Shown one piece after another: positions 1 to 8,603 of a stretch of 64,000 bases of DNA (positions within the stretch are counted from its first letter, which is position 1; the number at the start of each line of letters is the position of its first letter). The stretch lies in NCBI GenBank assembly GCA_049513715.1, contig JBEKVV010000003.1, positions 320,001-384,000 of the forward strand, in the 5' to 3' direction. Made by a program: the position numbers and the translations under genes. Under the pieces are notes generated by a model. It did not search any database. It saw only the letters and a program-made list of their open reading frames with translations, and had not been told where the DNA came from. The DNA comes from Candidatus Bathyarchaeia archaeon (lineage in GTDB: Archaea > Thermoproteota > Bathyarchaeia > 40CM-2-53-6).

Positions 1-530
1 CGTCTTGATGCGTCGAGTTTTCTGCGGAAGTTTGGAAGAATCGAAGTCCGATCAAGGCCCATCAGCTCCTCGTAGACGCTTTCCATGGTTGAGAGGAGCT
101 TCTGCGCTTTCTCTGCGTCTCCATGCCTTAACGAGTCCAAGGTCATCCTGCGCAATTCGCCGACAAAATCCAACATCCCCAACAGGTAGGCTGTGCTGCT
201 TGTTCCAACTTCTCTTAGCGATGCGATCTTGCCATTCTTCTTGACTTGGAAAAGCAGTTTAGCTTCCGCGTACTCTTGAAAAGCTACTAGAACCTGTCCG
301 AATTGCGGGAGCTCATTATGCGTGGACAGCAGGTTCTGCAACTCATCAAGATCTCGCTTTGCATCACTGAGAGTCTTGGTTGCCTCCGCAAGTTTTTCGC
401 GGTGAATTGAGATGATGGCCCAGCTGCATAGCCGGGTGGCATTTCGGGTTAGGGTTTGAAGTTTCTCCCGGGCCTTATCGTAAGAGAGTAGTTCAGCCTG
501 AATTCGTTCAATGTCGCTTTTGGCGAGCAT
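1..530 (-). CDS. Translin/TRAX-family protein (3' end runs off the window)
   Basis: Manual translation from ATG at 530: MLAKSDIERIQAELLSYDKAREKL...FQEYAEAKL...AYLLGMLDFVGELRRM... The QEYxEA and YLLGxxDxxGELRR motifs are typical of translins. It is absent from the ORF track because no stop lies in the window. Confidence 0.85.
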   Translation of the reverse strand, partial: MLAKSDIERIQAELLSYDKAREKLQTLTRNATRLCSWAIISIHREKLAEATKTLSDAKRDLDELQNLLSTHNELPQFGQVLVAFQEYAEAKLLFQVKKNGKIASLREVGTSSTAYLLGMLDFVGELRRMTLDSLRHGDAEKAQKLLSTMESVYEELMGLDRTSILPNFRRKLDASR

Positions 531-645
531 AATGTTCGCGCACTGCTAAAGGCTCAGCTGGAATTAAAATGATGGTAGCTTAGAGATCAGCCTACCTTCA
601 TGTGCCGCGGTGCCTTCGGTTGGATTAAAGGTCTAGTACGGTGGG

Positions 646-1251
646 CTACTTGATGACGGCCTCGTGTTCTTCTTTGATACCGCTGTTGGTGATGACTAGT
701 ATGTCGATACCTTCGCCGCTACCGATGTCGCGTGCTGACGCTGCTTTCACAGCTTTCTTGACGAGGCCTCGGGCGTCGTCCACGGTCATGCCGTCCTTGA
801 AGTCCGTTTCCAGCAAGCCCATCGCAATCTCAGCACCGGAGCCCACGGCTGTGAACTTGTCCTCAATCACTGAGCCCAACGGGTCTAGAACAAACAGCTT
901 GGGGCCGGTGTCATCCACTCCGCCCACGATTGTTTGCGTAAGGTATGGGAAGTATCGGCGCTCGAAGAGCATGCTGCCCATCAACTTCGCCGCCGTGCGC
1001 ACGGTTACGCTTTGCTCTCGCTCGAAGGTGTAGAGGTTCAAGTACGCTCCGACCTCGCGAGTCAGAATCTGCATATCGGCGACTATACCTGCGCATGCTG
1101 CACCGATCTTTTCAGCGATCTTGAAGACCTTCTTTCCGGATTTGCTCATGACGAAATAACCGTACGTGACTCGGCGCTCAGCCGCGAGTATAACGCCATC
1201 CTTGCAGACGACGCCAACTGTGGTTGCGCCTGGCATGTAGTATTCACTCAA
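646..1251 (-). CDS. psmB: Archaeal proteasome beta subunit
   Basis: Short propeptide, then GATTVG (N-terminal Thr nucleophile), plus AAERR, AGIVAD, AVGSG and RDIGSG motifs. Confidence 0.95.
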   Translation of the reverse strand: MSEYYMPGATTVGVVCKDGVILAAERRVTYGYFVMSKSGKKVFKIAEKIGAACAGIVADMQILTREVGAYLNLYTFEREQSVTVRTAAKLMGSMLFERRYFPYLTQTIVGGVDDTGPKLFVLDPLGSVIEDKFTAVGSGAEIAMGLLETDFKDGMTVDDARGLVKKAVKAASARDIGSGEGIDILVITNSGIKEEHEAVIK

Positions 1252-1345
1252 TCAAGAAACACCGTTCGGCAAAATCCCAAGCACTCGCATTAATAAGGTA
1301 TCGGTACCCACAAACCCAGTCACACAGATCGCTGATGAAAAACCC

Positions 1346-1612
1346 GTGGTCCACCCACTCAAAAACATCCTGAACCGGTTCAGGTGGGACAACCGCGAAA
1401 ACCCAGACGATTACTTAATCACCTATCGGCACCGGGGCGCCCCAAACGACGAAAAACGGGTGAAGGCATCTTCAATCCAGACCCTCGGAAAATCATGTTT
1501 CACTTTGTCCGGAGAAAACGAGGAGGAAACAACCATTCCATTCCACAGAATCCTAGAAATTCGCAACGTTACCGATGGAAGGTTGCTTTGGAGAAAACGA
1601 AAACCCGTTTAG
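1346..1612 (+). CDS. DUF504 / MJ1316-like RNA-repair-associated domain protein
   Basis: 88 aa with ILNRFRWD, ITYRHRGAP and IPFHRI motifs. Confidence 0.8.
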   Translation: MVHPLKNILNRFRWDNRENPDDYLITYRHRGAPNDEKRVKASSIQTLGKSCFTLSGENEEETTIPFHRILEIRNVTDGRLLWRKRKPV

Positions 1613-1866
1613 CTCAAGGTTGCCCGTCATGCATCGTTAGAGCAAAGACCTGGTCAAACATCAAGAATTCCTTGTCGCGGCTCTGCATCATGAGGCTCAT
1701 GCACTCAAATCTGGTTACATTGAGTTCGGATTCGGTAGAGACCACGGCTAGCTGCTCTCTGAGGCAGGGGGCGGGCCGTTCGGGACGAGTTACTTGTTCT
1801 CCCCACAAAACTACACCACATATTGAAATCGGCAACAAAGCATACGCGCCCGCAAAAATAAGCCAT

Positions 1867-3054
1867 CTAAGATGGCTCTTTGATTTTGAACCATATTATG
1901 AAACCGATGATGATTGCGAGGGCTAGGTTGAGTATGAATGGGGATTGGGGTGATATGTTGTCCCACATCCATCCACCTAGGATTGGGGACGCCGCTGACG
2001 CCGCGCCAGCTACGAGCGCCAGAGTCCCGAGCGTCTGCCCATACTTCTCCCGCCCATAATGCAAGACTATGTGGGCGTTTAGGGCGGGCATCCAGAGACT
2101 GTAAACGAACCCCGCGAACACGGCGGAAATGTACGCGAACTCAGGCCGCCAACCCAGCAAAAGTGGCAGGAAACAGCCAATCGCAGCCCACTCGCTTGCC
2201 GCCAAGAACGGCCTCCCACCCAGCTTATCCAATTTGGAGCCTAACGTGAAACCTGTCAACGCTGGAATTCCAGCGGAGATGGCCAGTGCTATTCCTAACT
2301 GTTCTGGGGTAGATTTCATTTCTTTGAAAATGTACAACGCCCAGAAGGGGAAGCTGATTCTCCACGCGACCGAGTCCAGCGCCACCACCACGAGTAGTGG
2401 GATGAGGCGTTTGTCGGGGCGAAGGATTCCCCACCAAGATTCAACTGCACCCTCGATCCGGTGAACCGGCTCAGGCTTGTAACCCACCAGCACGACCCCG
2501 AGCGCCACTGCGACCAGAACGGCGGAAGTGATGAAGATCATTTGCCTAGGGAACCCCAGGGAGGTGGCCAAGAAACCCCCAAGCAACGGTGCCAACGTGG
2601 CGGCGGATTCGGTTACTCCTAGGTCGAGGCTGAAGATTTTACCCAGCCCTTGCGTTGTGGTCGCGTGGCCGAGCGCGGCGTACGAGGCCGTTCCACGGAT
2701 AGCAAAATCCAAACTCACAAGCACAATCCCAGCACCCAACAACACCCAGTAAGTGGCGAAGGAGTAAGAGAAGAAACCAACAAGCGTCACCAACCCACCG
2801 ATTATAATGAAGGGTTTTCGCCCGATTCGGTCAATCAAGACGCCGATTGGCAAGCGGAGAAAAGTCGCGCCTAAACCTCCGAGGGTTTGGGCTTGGCCTA
2901 CGAACGTTATGCTAACCCCAATCGCCACAATCAGTGGAGCCACAGATGGAGAGCTGAAACCAACAGCGAACCCGAAAAGCCCGTCCACTAGGATCAGGAG
3001 TAAGATTTCACCCCTGAACGAGCCCGATCGATCAACCCGGACCATCGTAACCAT
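1867..3054 (-). CDS. MFS transporter
   Basis: About 12 hydrophobic segments, with motif A in both halves (GVLIDRIGRK, GSKLDKLGGR). The start is uncertain: ATG at 3054 or 3045, and the ORF is open to 3129. Confidence 0.85.
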   Translation of the reverse strand: MVTMVRVDRSGSFRGEILLLILVDGLFGFAVGFSSPSVAPLIVAIGVSITFVGQAQTLGGLGATFLRLPIGVLIDRIGRKPFIIIGGLVTLVGFFSYSFATYWVLLGAGIVLVSLDFAIRGTASYAALGHATTTQGLGKIFSLDLGVTESAATLAPLLGGFLATSLGFPRQMIFITSAVLVAVALGVVLVGYKPEPVHRIEGAVESWWGILRPDKRLIPLLVVVALDSVAWRISFPFWALYIFKEMKSTPEQLGIALAISAGIPALTGFTLGSKLDKLGGRPFLAASEWAAIGCFLPLLLGWRPEFAYISAVFAGFVYSLWMPALNAHIVLHYGREKYGQTLGTLALVAGAASAASPILGGWMWDNISPQSPFILNLALAIIIGFIIWFKIKEPS

Positions 3055-3188
3055 CCGCAAAACCAAACTGAAACCAATGGAGACTATTTCTGGGTCCCTA
3101 CTCATTGCCGCCGGCGATTTCAAACGCAAAAGACCAGAGGCGTAAGAACCTTTAACACCCTGCCGTAATCAGCGCCCTCGAATCACCC

Positions 3189-4589
3189 TTGGAGCATAGA
3201 CAACCTCTTGTGAGAGAACTTGCCGAGTTCGTTGTGAAGGCAAAATTCACAGACCTATCAGACATGGCCAAACAGGCGTTGAAGATTCGTGTCTTAGACG
3301 CGTTAGGTTGCGCGATCGGGGCTCTTGAGGGTGAGCCGATTCAGATGATTCGGGCGCAGTTGGAGGATTTCGGCGGCAAACCCCACTGCACTCTAATCGG
3401 AGGTGGGAAAACCGCACCGGACCTCGCCGCGTTCTACAATGGCGCTCTCGTGCGCTACTTGGATTTTAATGATAGTTACTTGGCGAAAGGGGAGACGTGT
3501 CACCCAAACGATAACGTGGGCGCAGTGCTCGCGGCGGCGGAGTACGCGAAAGCAAAGGGCCGCGACTTCCTCCTTGCCCTAGCCATAGCATATCAGGTTC
3601 AATGCCGCCTTAGCGATGCTGCGCCGGTTCGGAGTAAAGGCTTCGACCACACAACCCAAGGCGCGTACGCGGTTGCAGCAGGCGTCTCAAAAGCTCTCGG
3701 CCTGGATTCTGAGAAGACTGCTAATGCGGTGGCAATCAGCGGCACCGCCCTAAACGCCCTCAGAGTGACCAGAACCGGCGCGCTTTCTCATTGGAAAGGC
3801 CTCGCCTACCCGTTCACGGGTTTCGCTGGAACCCACGCAGCTTTCCTAGCCATGCGCGGCATAACTGGCCCACCAGAGGTGTTTGAAGGAAACAAGGGGT
3901 TCATGGACGCGATAGCCGGCAAATTCCAAATCGACTGGTCCAACGAGAACTTAGAGCACGTGACGAAGACCATAATCAAGAAATACAATGCGGAAGTGCA
4001 CTCGCAATCCTCCATCGAGGGAATTCTGAACCTCCAAAAGGAGTACGGCTTCAAAGCCCACGATATAGACAGAATTGAGATTGAGATTTTCGACGTAGCC
4101 TACAACATCATAGGTGGCGGCGAGGAAGGCTCGAAGGTTCAGGTCAGGACGAAAGAGGAGGCGGACCACAGCTTACCCTACATCGTCGCGGTCGCAATCC
4201 TAGATGGCACCGTAATGCCCCCACAATACAACCAAACCCGAATTGCCAAGGAGGACGTTCAGCAGTTACTACGAAAAATCACCGTCCGTCCCCGGGACGA
4301 TTACAGTAAACGGTTCCCAGACGAAATGCCCACGCATCTGATTGTTCATTTGAAAGACGGCCGAATCGCGGAGAAGGAGAAACGAGATTACGAGGGGTTC
4401 TTCACACGCCCCATGGGTTGGGAAGGGGCCACAGTGAAATTTGACCGGCTAAGCGAACGCTACCTGAATAAGGCGCTCCGAAAGCGAATCATTGACACCG
4501 TCGCCAACTTGGAACAAGTAAATGTAACAGCTTTAACCAAGGTACTCGCAACCATCAGCACCCCGAAAGCAAGGAAAAGGAAGAAGTGA
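3189..4589 (+). CDS. MmgE/PrpD family dehydratase
   Basis: RYLDFND, CHPNDN, GFDHT, SHWKG and EEADHSLPY motifs. Confidence 0.9.
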   Translation: MEHRQPLVRELAEFVVKAKFTDLSDMAKQALKIRVLDALGCAIGALEGEPIQMIRAQLEDFGGKPHCTLIGGGKTAPDLAAFYNGALVRYLDFNDSYLAKGETCHPNDNVGAVLAAAEYAKAKGRDFLLALAIAYQVQCRLSDAAPVRSKGFDHTTQGAYAVAAGVSKALGLDSEKTANAVAISGTALNALRVTRTGALSHWKGLAYPFTGFAGTHAAFLAMRGITGPPEVFEGNKGFMDAIAGKFQIDWSNENLEHVTKTIIKKYNAEVHSQSSIEGILNLQKEYGFKAHDIDRIEIEIFDVAYNIIGGGEEGSKVQVRTKEEADHSLPYIVAVAILDGTVMPPQYNQTRIAKEDVQQLLRKITVRPRDDYSKRFPDEMPTHLIVHLKDGRIAEKEKRDYEGFFTRPMGWEGATVKFDRLSERYLNKALRKRIIDTVANLEQVNVTALTKVLATISTPKARKRKK

Positions 4590-4595
4590 ATTGAG

Positions 4596-5429
4596 TTGAG
4601 CAGCAACCGAGCCTTCCCATTCATCCGCATGAACGAGCGTCAAGGGAAACCGCGGACGCGCGGTATTACGGAAATCCGAGGCCCCTACTACACCGTTATG
4701 GGCAAACGGTACCTGGAAGATGTCCTCGAAACGATGGGCGAGTATGTGGACTCACTGAAGTTCGCCGCGGGCTCATTCAGCCTGATGCGCCGCGACGTGT
4801 TGAAGGAAATTATCGAAACCGCCCACAAGTACAATGTATTGGTTTCCACGGGCGGCTGGATGGAATACGTCCTCACGCAAGGCCCGTCCGCTGTTGAGCA
4901 ATACATCAAAGAGTGTAAGGAAGTTGGTTTCGATATTATCGAGCTGTCCAGCGGCTTCATCACCTACCCCATCGACGACTGGATACAACTCATAGACCAG
5001 GTCAGGAGGGCGGGTTTGAAGGCGAAGCCTGAGGTCGGAATCCAATTCGGCTCCGGAGGAGCCACATCAATTGCCGAACTGGAGGCGGAGGGAACACAAG
5101 ACCCCGCTTGGGCAATCTCGAAAGCCAAACGCTTCCTGGAAGCGGGCGCCTACATGATCATGATCGAGTCGGAAGGAATCACAGAGAACGTGAAGGCCTG
5201 GCGGACCGATGTGCCGCCGAAACTCATCGATGCGCTAGGCTTGGAGAAGATTATGTTTGAGGCCGCCGATCCGGAAGTGTTCGGCTGGTACATCAAGAAC
5301 TACGGGCCCGAAGTCAACATGTTCGTTGACCACAGCCAGATTGTACACCTAGAAACCTTGCGTAGGGGTATCTGGGGAACGAAAGACCTCTGGGGACGCG
5401 TCCTTACCTACAAAGGCATGAAAAAGTAG
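4596..5429 (+). CDS. comA: Phosphosulfolactate synthase (ComA)-family protein
   Basis: KPRTRGITE, VDSLKF, STGG, IELSSGF, MIESEG, MFEA and LETLRRG motifs. It starts 6 bp after the PrpD-family gene. Confidence 0.8.
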   Translation: MSSNRAFPFIRMNERQGKPRTRGITEIRGPYYTVMGKRYLEDVLETMGEYVDSLKFAAGSFSLMRRDVLKEIIETAHKYNVLVSTGGWMEYVLTQGPSAVEQYIKECKEVGFDIIELSSGFITYPIDDWIQLIDQVRRAGLKAKPEVGIQFGSGGATSIAELEAEGTQDPAWAISKAKRFLEAGAYMIMIESEGITENVKAWRTDVPPKLIDALGLEKIMFEAADPEVFGWYIKNYGPEVNMFVDHSQIVHLETLRRGIWGTKDLWGRVLTYKGMKK

Positions 5430-5458
5430 GAGAACTGCCTCATCGAGGCCGGTGTAAA

Positions 5459-5656
5459 TTGGCAGCCTGGCATGGCCTCAAAGAAGGAGACGAAGTGGAA
5501 CTTGAAATCAAAGAGACCGCCCGGAACGGGGATGGAATAGGCCGTGTTCGTGGAGTCGTCGTGTTTGTTAAAGGCGCCCAGGTGGGCCAGAAGCTTAGAG
5601 TGAAAATAACGAAGGTTGCTGCGCGTCACGCTTACGCAGAACCAATCAAACCCTAA
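5459..5656 (+). CDS. Stand-alone TRAM-domain protein (archaeal RNA chaperone type)
   Basis: 65 aa: EGDEVELEI..GDGIGRVRGVVVFVKGAQVGQKLRVKITKV. Confidence 0.9.
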   Translation: MAAWHGLKEGDEVELEIKETARNGDGIGRVRGVVVFVKGAQVGQKLRVKITKVAARHAYAEPIKP

Positions 5657-6078
5657 GACAACGAGACCACCAACGCCAAACCGAAGAAGAATATGGATAT
5701 TATGGAATTGGTGACGTACCAGCGTGGCACCCAACGAGTTCCAAGATGGTAGCCGCCGCCCCACGAAGTCCAATCCTCAGGGTTGGGCCATGTGCCGGCG
5801 AAATGGTACCAAGCAATATCCTCGCCCAGAGGCAGGTAGGCCCACAGGCCGAAACTTTGCAGTAGGCCGCTCAGGTTCGGCTCGAACACCAAAACCATCA
5901 AGGGCAAAGCCGAGAACAGGCTCATCATTATGATGTGGTAGTTCGCGAAATGTTTGAAGAAACGCAAACGAAGGTGCTCGGCGGGTGGAATGTAACCGTG
6001 CTCAATGAAACCGTACAAGTACGCAAAAAGAACCCCCAGCAAAATTACGACGACTACACGAACGAAAGTAGGCAGCAA
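5653..6078 (-). CDS. Hypothetical membrane protein
   Basis: 141 aa with 3-4 hydrophobic segments and an EDIAWY..WP..DW..WGG motif. It is co-oriented downstream of rtcA. Confidence 0.65.
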   Translation of the reverse strand: MLPTFVRVVVVILLGVLFAYLYGFIEHGYIPPAEHLRLRFFKHFANYHIIMMSLFSALPLMVLVFEPNLSGLLQSFGLWAYLPLGEDIAWYHFAGTWPNPEDWTSWGGGYHLGTRWVPRWYVTNSIISIFFFGLALVVSLS

Positions 6079-6147
6079 CGTCTTCCTTCTCCTATTGAGC
6101 CCCAGAGTGCCGAAATTCCTCGATTTAATGTTGCCCTTGAGGGTCGG

Positions 6148-7218
6148 TTAGGTTTTCAAACCGATTCCGTCCACGCTGATCTTCCCCGGTTTGTGTAATT
6201 CACCTTGCACGTCGAAATTCACGCCGGTGATCATCTCGGCGACTTTTATGTTGGTTAGGGTGTGCATGGTTATTTCGGAAACTGAGATTTCGGAGCGGTC
6301 CCCCGCCACCGCCATGTATGGAATCAACATGTCACCAAGGTGGCGATCCACCGGAGCCTGAGATTGAACCTCTGCAAGCAGTTTCACCGCGGCCTCCTCG
6401 CCCACACTCTCCGCGGGTTTACCCCTTTCACCGATACTGTCGGCGCCGATTATGGATCCCGAGGAGGATTTGAGCAGGAGGGTGATTCCGCTTCCCGGTG
6501 CGAAGTGTGGATCCTGCCCCGCGGCGTATGTTTCAACCGCGATCTTAGGCTCAAGCCCCGCCATTTGCAGTTTCCTAGTCGCTGCAGAAGCCTGACGTTG
6601 GGCCACATCACTCGGAAGCCTCACACAATGGCTCACCCCCTCCACGGAAACGACCTCGCCTCGCTCAAGCAGCTTAATCGCAGTCAACATTCGCGAAGGC
6701 TCCACGCGTATGCTAACTCTACCCCCACCTTTCGGGTAGTGGCCCCTGCGGTGCACTGTGAGCGTAGCGGTGTATCCCATTAAGCGAAGCATGGGCAGGA
6801 CTACGAGTCGAATGTAGTCGATGGTGGGGCTCCAACGGACATCAGTTCCACCCGTCAAATCCAATTCAACCTGGCCCGGGACAAAAGCCGCGCAGGGCAT
6901 TAGCGCTTGGAGAATGAGTGGGATGCTCCCCGCAGTCCCAACATCAAAACTGAATCTCCCAGCCACCCGCCCCCGAGGCTTGAACACCAATTCCCGCGAA
7001 CCTAGAACGAGCCCCTCTGTCTCAGCGTTACTCACCGATGCCAGCGCCTTGACCGCGATTACGTGCTGTGCCTGCAAACCTGGATTGGGTCGATTCGCAC
7101 GAATCTTATCAATATGAACATCCTTTCCGGAAAGTGAAGCGAGCGCAACACTCGTCCGCACAATCTGACCACCGCCTTCCAGCATATTGCCCGATATCGC
7201 GATCACGACAGGCTCCAC
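6148..7218 (-). CDS. rtcA: RNA 3'-terminal phosphate cyclase
   Basis: EGGGQIVR, IRANRPNPGL, TAGSIPL, GGTDV, RGHYPKGGG and DRHLGDML (adenylated His) motifs. Confidence 0.95.
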   Translation of the reverse strand: MEPVVIAISGNMLEGGGQIVRTSVALASLSGKDVHIDKIRANRPNPGLQAQHVIAVKALASVSNAETEGLVLGSRELVFKPRGRVAGRFSFDVGTAGSIPLILQALMPCAAFVPGQVELDLTGGTDVRWSPTIDYIRLVVLPMLRLMGYTATLTVHRRGHYPKGGGRVSIRVEPSRMLTAIKLLERGEVVSVEGVSHCVRLPSDVAQRQASAATRKLQMAGLEPKIAVETYAAGQDPHFAPGSGITLLLKSSSGSIIGADSIGERGKPAESVGEEAAVKLLAEVQSQAPVDRHLGDMLIPYMAVAGDRSEISVSEITMHTLTNIKVAEMITGVNFDVQGELHKPGKISVDGIGLKT

Positions 7219-7500
7219 TCCAATTCCGAATGGTTTCGCTTAGGAGCCTAGTAACCTTACGCATCCGCGTCCGTCGCCTAAGGAAGTAATAGGTTGAATC
7301 ATCTCTCGGGAGTGTCCGGGAACTATGTATTGCATATCTTCTTGTCTGCTGAAAAGGAGTGGCGATTGTAGTTGAGATGTCCTTACTGTATGTCAAGTTT
7401 GACCTAAATACGATAATGGGATACAAAACTACCCTACAGCCTCCCACCCCACACCTAACAATAATAAAAAGGAAAAATTCCTAGGAATAGCCGGCAGCCG

Positions 7501-7720
7501 AAGGCCAAGGAACTATTTGGGTTGGTTGCCTCCACGCTGCTCAGGTGTGACGATTGCGTCACCCACCATGTCATTCGTCGCGTTGAGGAAGGAGTAACTG
7601 CCCCATAATTCTTTGACGCCTTCAATGTGGCTTTGGTGGTTGGAGACTCTCTTTCGATTACCATCCCGTACCTGCGGGGCGATGTTGAACGGCTAGGAGG
7701 ACAGAAAGAAGGCCTAGCTA
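7501..7720 (+). pseudogene. Degenerate carboxymuconolactone decarboxylase/AhpD-family gene fragment
   Basis: Manual translation: KAKELFGLVASTLLRCDDCVTHHVIRRVEEGVTAP*FFDAFNVALVVGDSLSITIPYLR. It has the CxxC AhpD core, an in-frame TAA at 7606-7608 and no recognisable N-terminus. Confidence 0.7.
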
Positions 7721-7740
7721 GTTCCCTTCTCGTCCCGGTG

Positions 7741-8310
7741 TTACTTGATTAAGGATTCTAGTGGGACGAAGGTTTGTGTGTCTTTGACTTCGTTGAATTT
7801 TGCGATTCGGTTAACGATCGTGGCTATGTGTTGGGGTGGGGGGTTGATTAAGCTCTTCTCCACCTCAAGTTCCACCAACACATCCGATTTTCCGAACAGT
7901 AGGTGCGTAGCCAAGACCTCTGGAAACTCAAGAATCTTGTTCATTAGGGCTCTCTCTTTGCCTGGCTCGCTTTGAATAAAGACGAACCCCTTAGCCATCG
8001 TCCGGTCGGAAGGAGTATGAGTCCCACGGAATCGAGAATCTATTGGAATTATTGTACTAGTATCTTGTATACCTCCAGCCTTCCTCACCTTGTCAACCAC
8101 TACCTCGACTACTTTCCTTCTGGGATCCAGCTCAATTTCCTCAGACTCTAGGGCGACGAGCAGATCAAACTTGCCAGTGATTAAGTGAATCTCACGGACC
8201 TCCGGCAACGCCTTGAACTGCTCCTGAACATCTCTCTCTTTACCCGGCTCCGTCTTAACGAGCAGATAACTCCTCAAACCAGACACAATCCAATGATTCG
8301 CGTTCGTCAA
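7741..8310 (-). CDS. Lrp/AsnC ligand-binding-domain protein (two tandem domains, no HTH)
   Basis: Two repeats: YLLVKTEPGKE...HLITGKFDLL...TSTII and FVFIQSEPGKE...HLLFGKSDVL...TQTFV. Confidence 0.85.
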   Translation of the reverse strand: MTNANHWIVSGLRSYLLVKTEPGKERDVQEQFKALPEVREIHLITGKFDLLVALESEEIELDPRRKVVEVVVDKVRKAGGIQDTSTIIPIDSRFRGTHTPSDRTMAKGFVFIQSEPGKERALMNKILEFPEVLATHLLFGKSDVLVELEVEKSLINPPPQHIATIVNRIAKFNEVKDTQTFVPLESLIK

Positions 8311-8603
8311 TTGGGTCCTTGGCGATATAAGGGCAGCGAGCGACGTCAGGCTCCGTGGTTTCTGAAAGTGTAGTAAGAACTACTTTTCATGCCTCTGATC
8401 TATTGGCGTCCTGTTATGCGTTGATTGTTTCTGGGCTCCAGAACTTGAAGTCAGCGCACCTCACGTTATCAGGGGCGCCAATGGCTACAGGGAATTCCAG
8501 TTCTGGTAGAATGAAGGCCCGAGCAAAACCAGCCGGGACGTCAATTGTGGTCCTTGAGTAATGCGACACTCGATGGCCTGCGTTCAAAGCGAAAAATCAT
8601 CAA

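Noticed and set aside
1614..1838. 74-aa minus-strand ORF between DUF504 and the MFS gene
   Set aside because: No recognisable motif or clear start; I cannot support it as coding.
4596..5429. Evidence for coenzyme M synthesis or methanogenesis
   Set aside because: No other com or mcr genes are in the window, and ComA-like proteins occur widely in non-methanogens.
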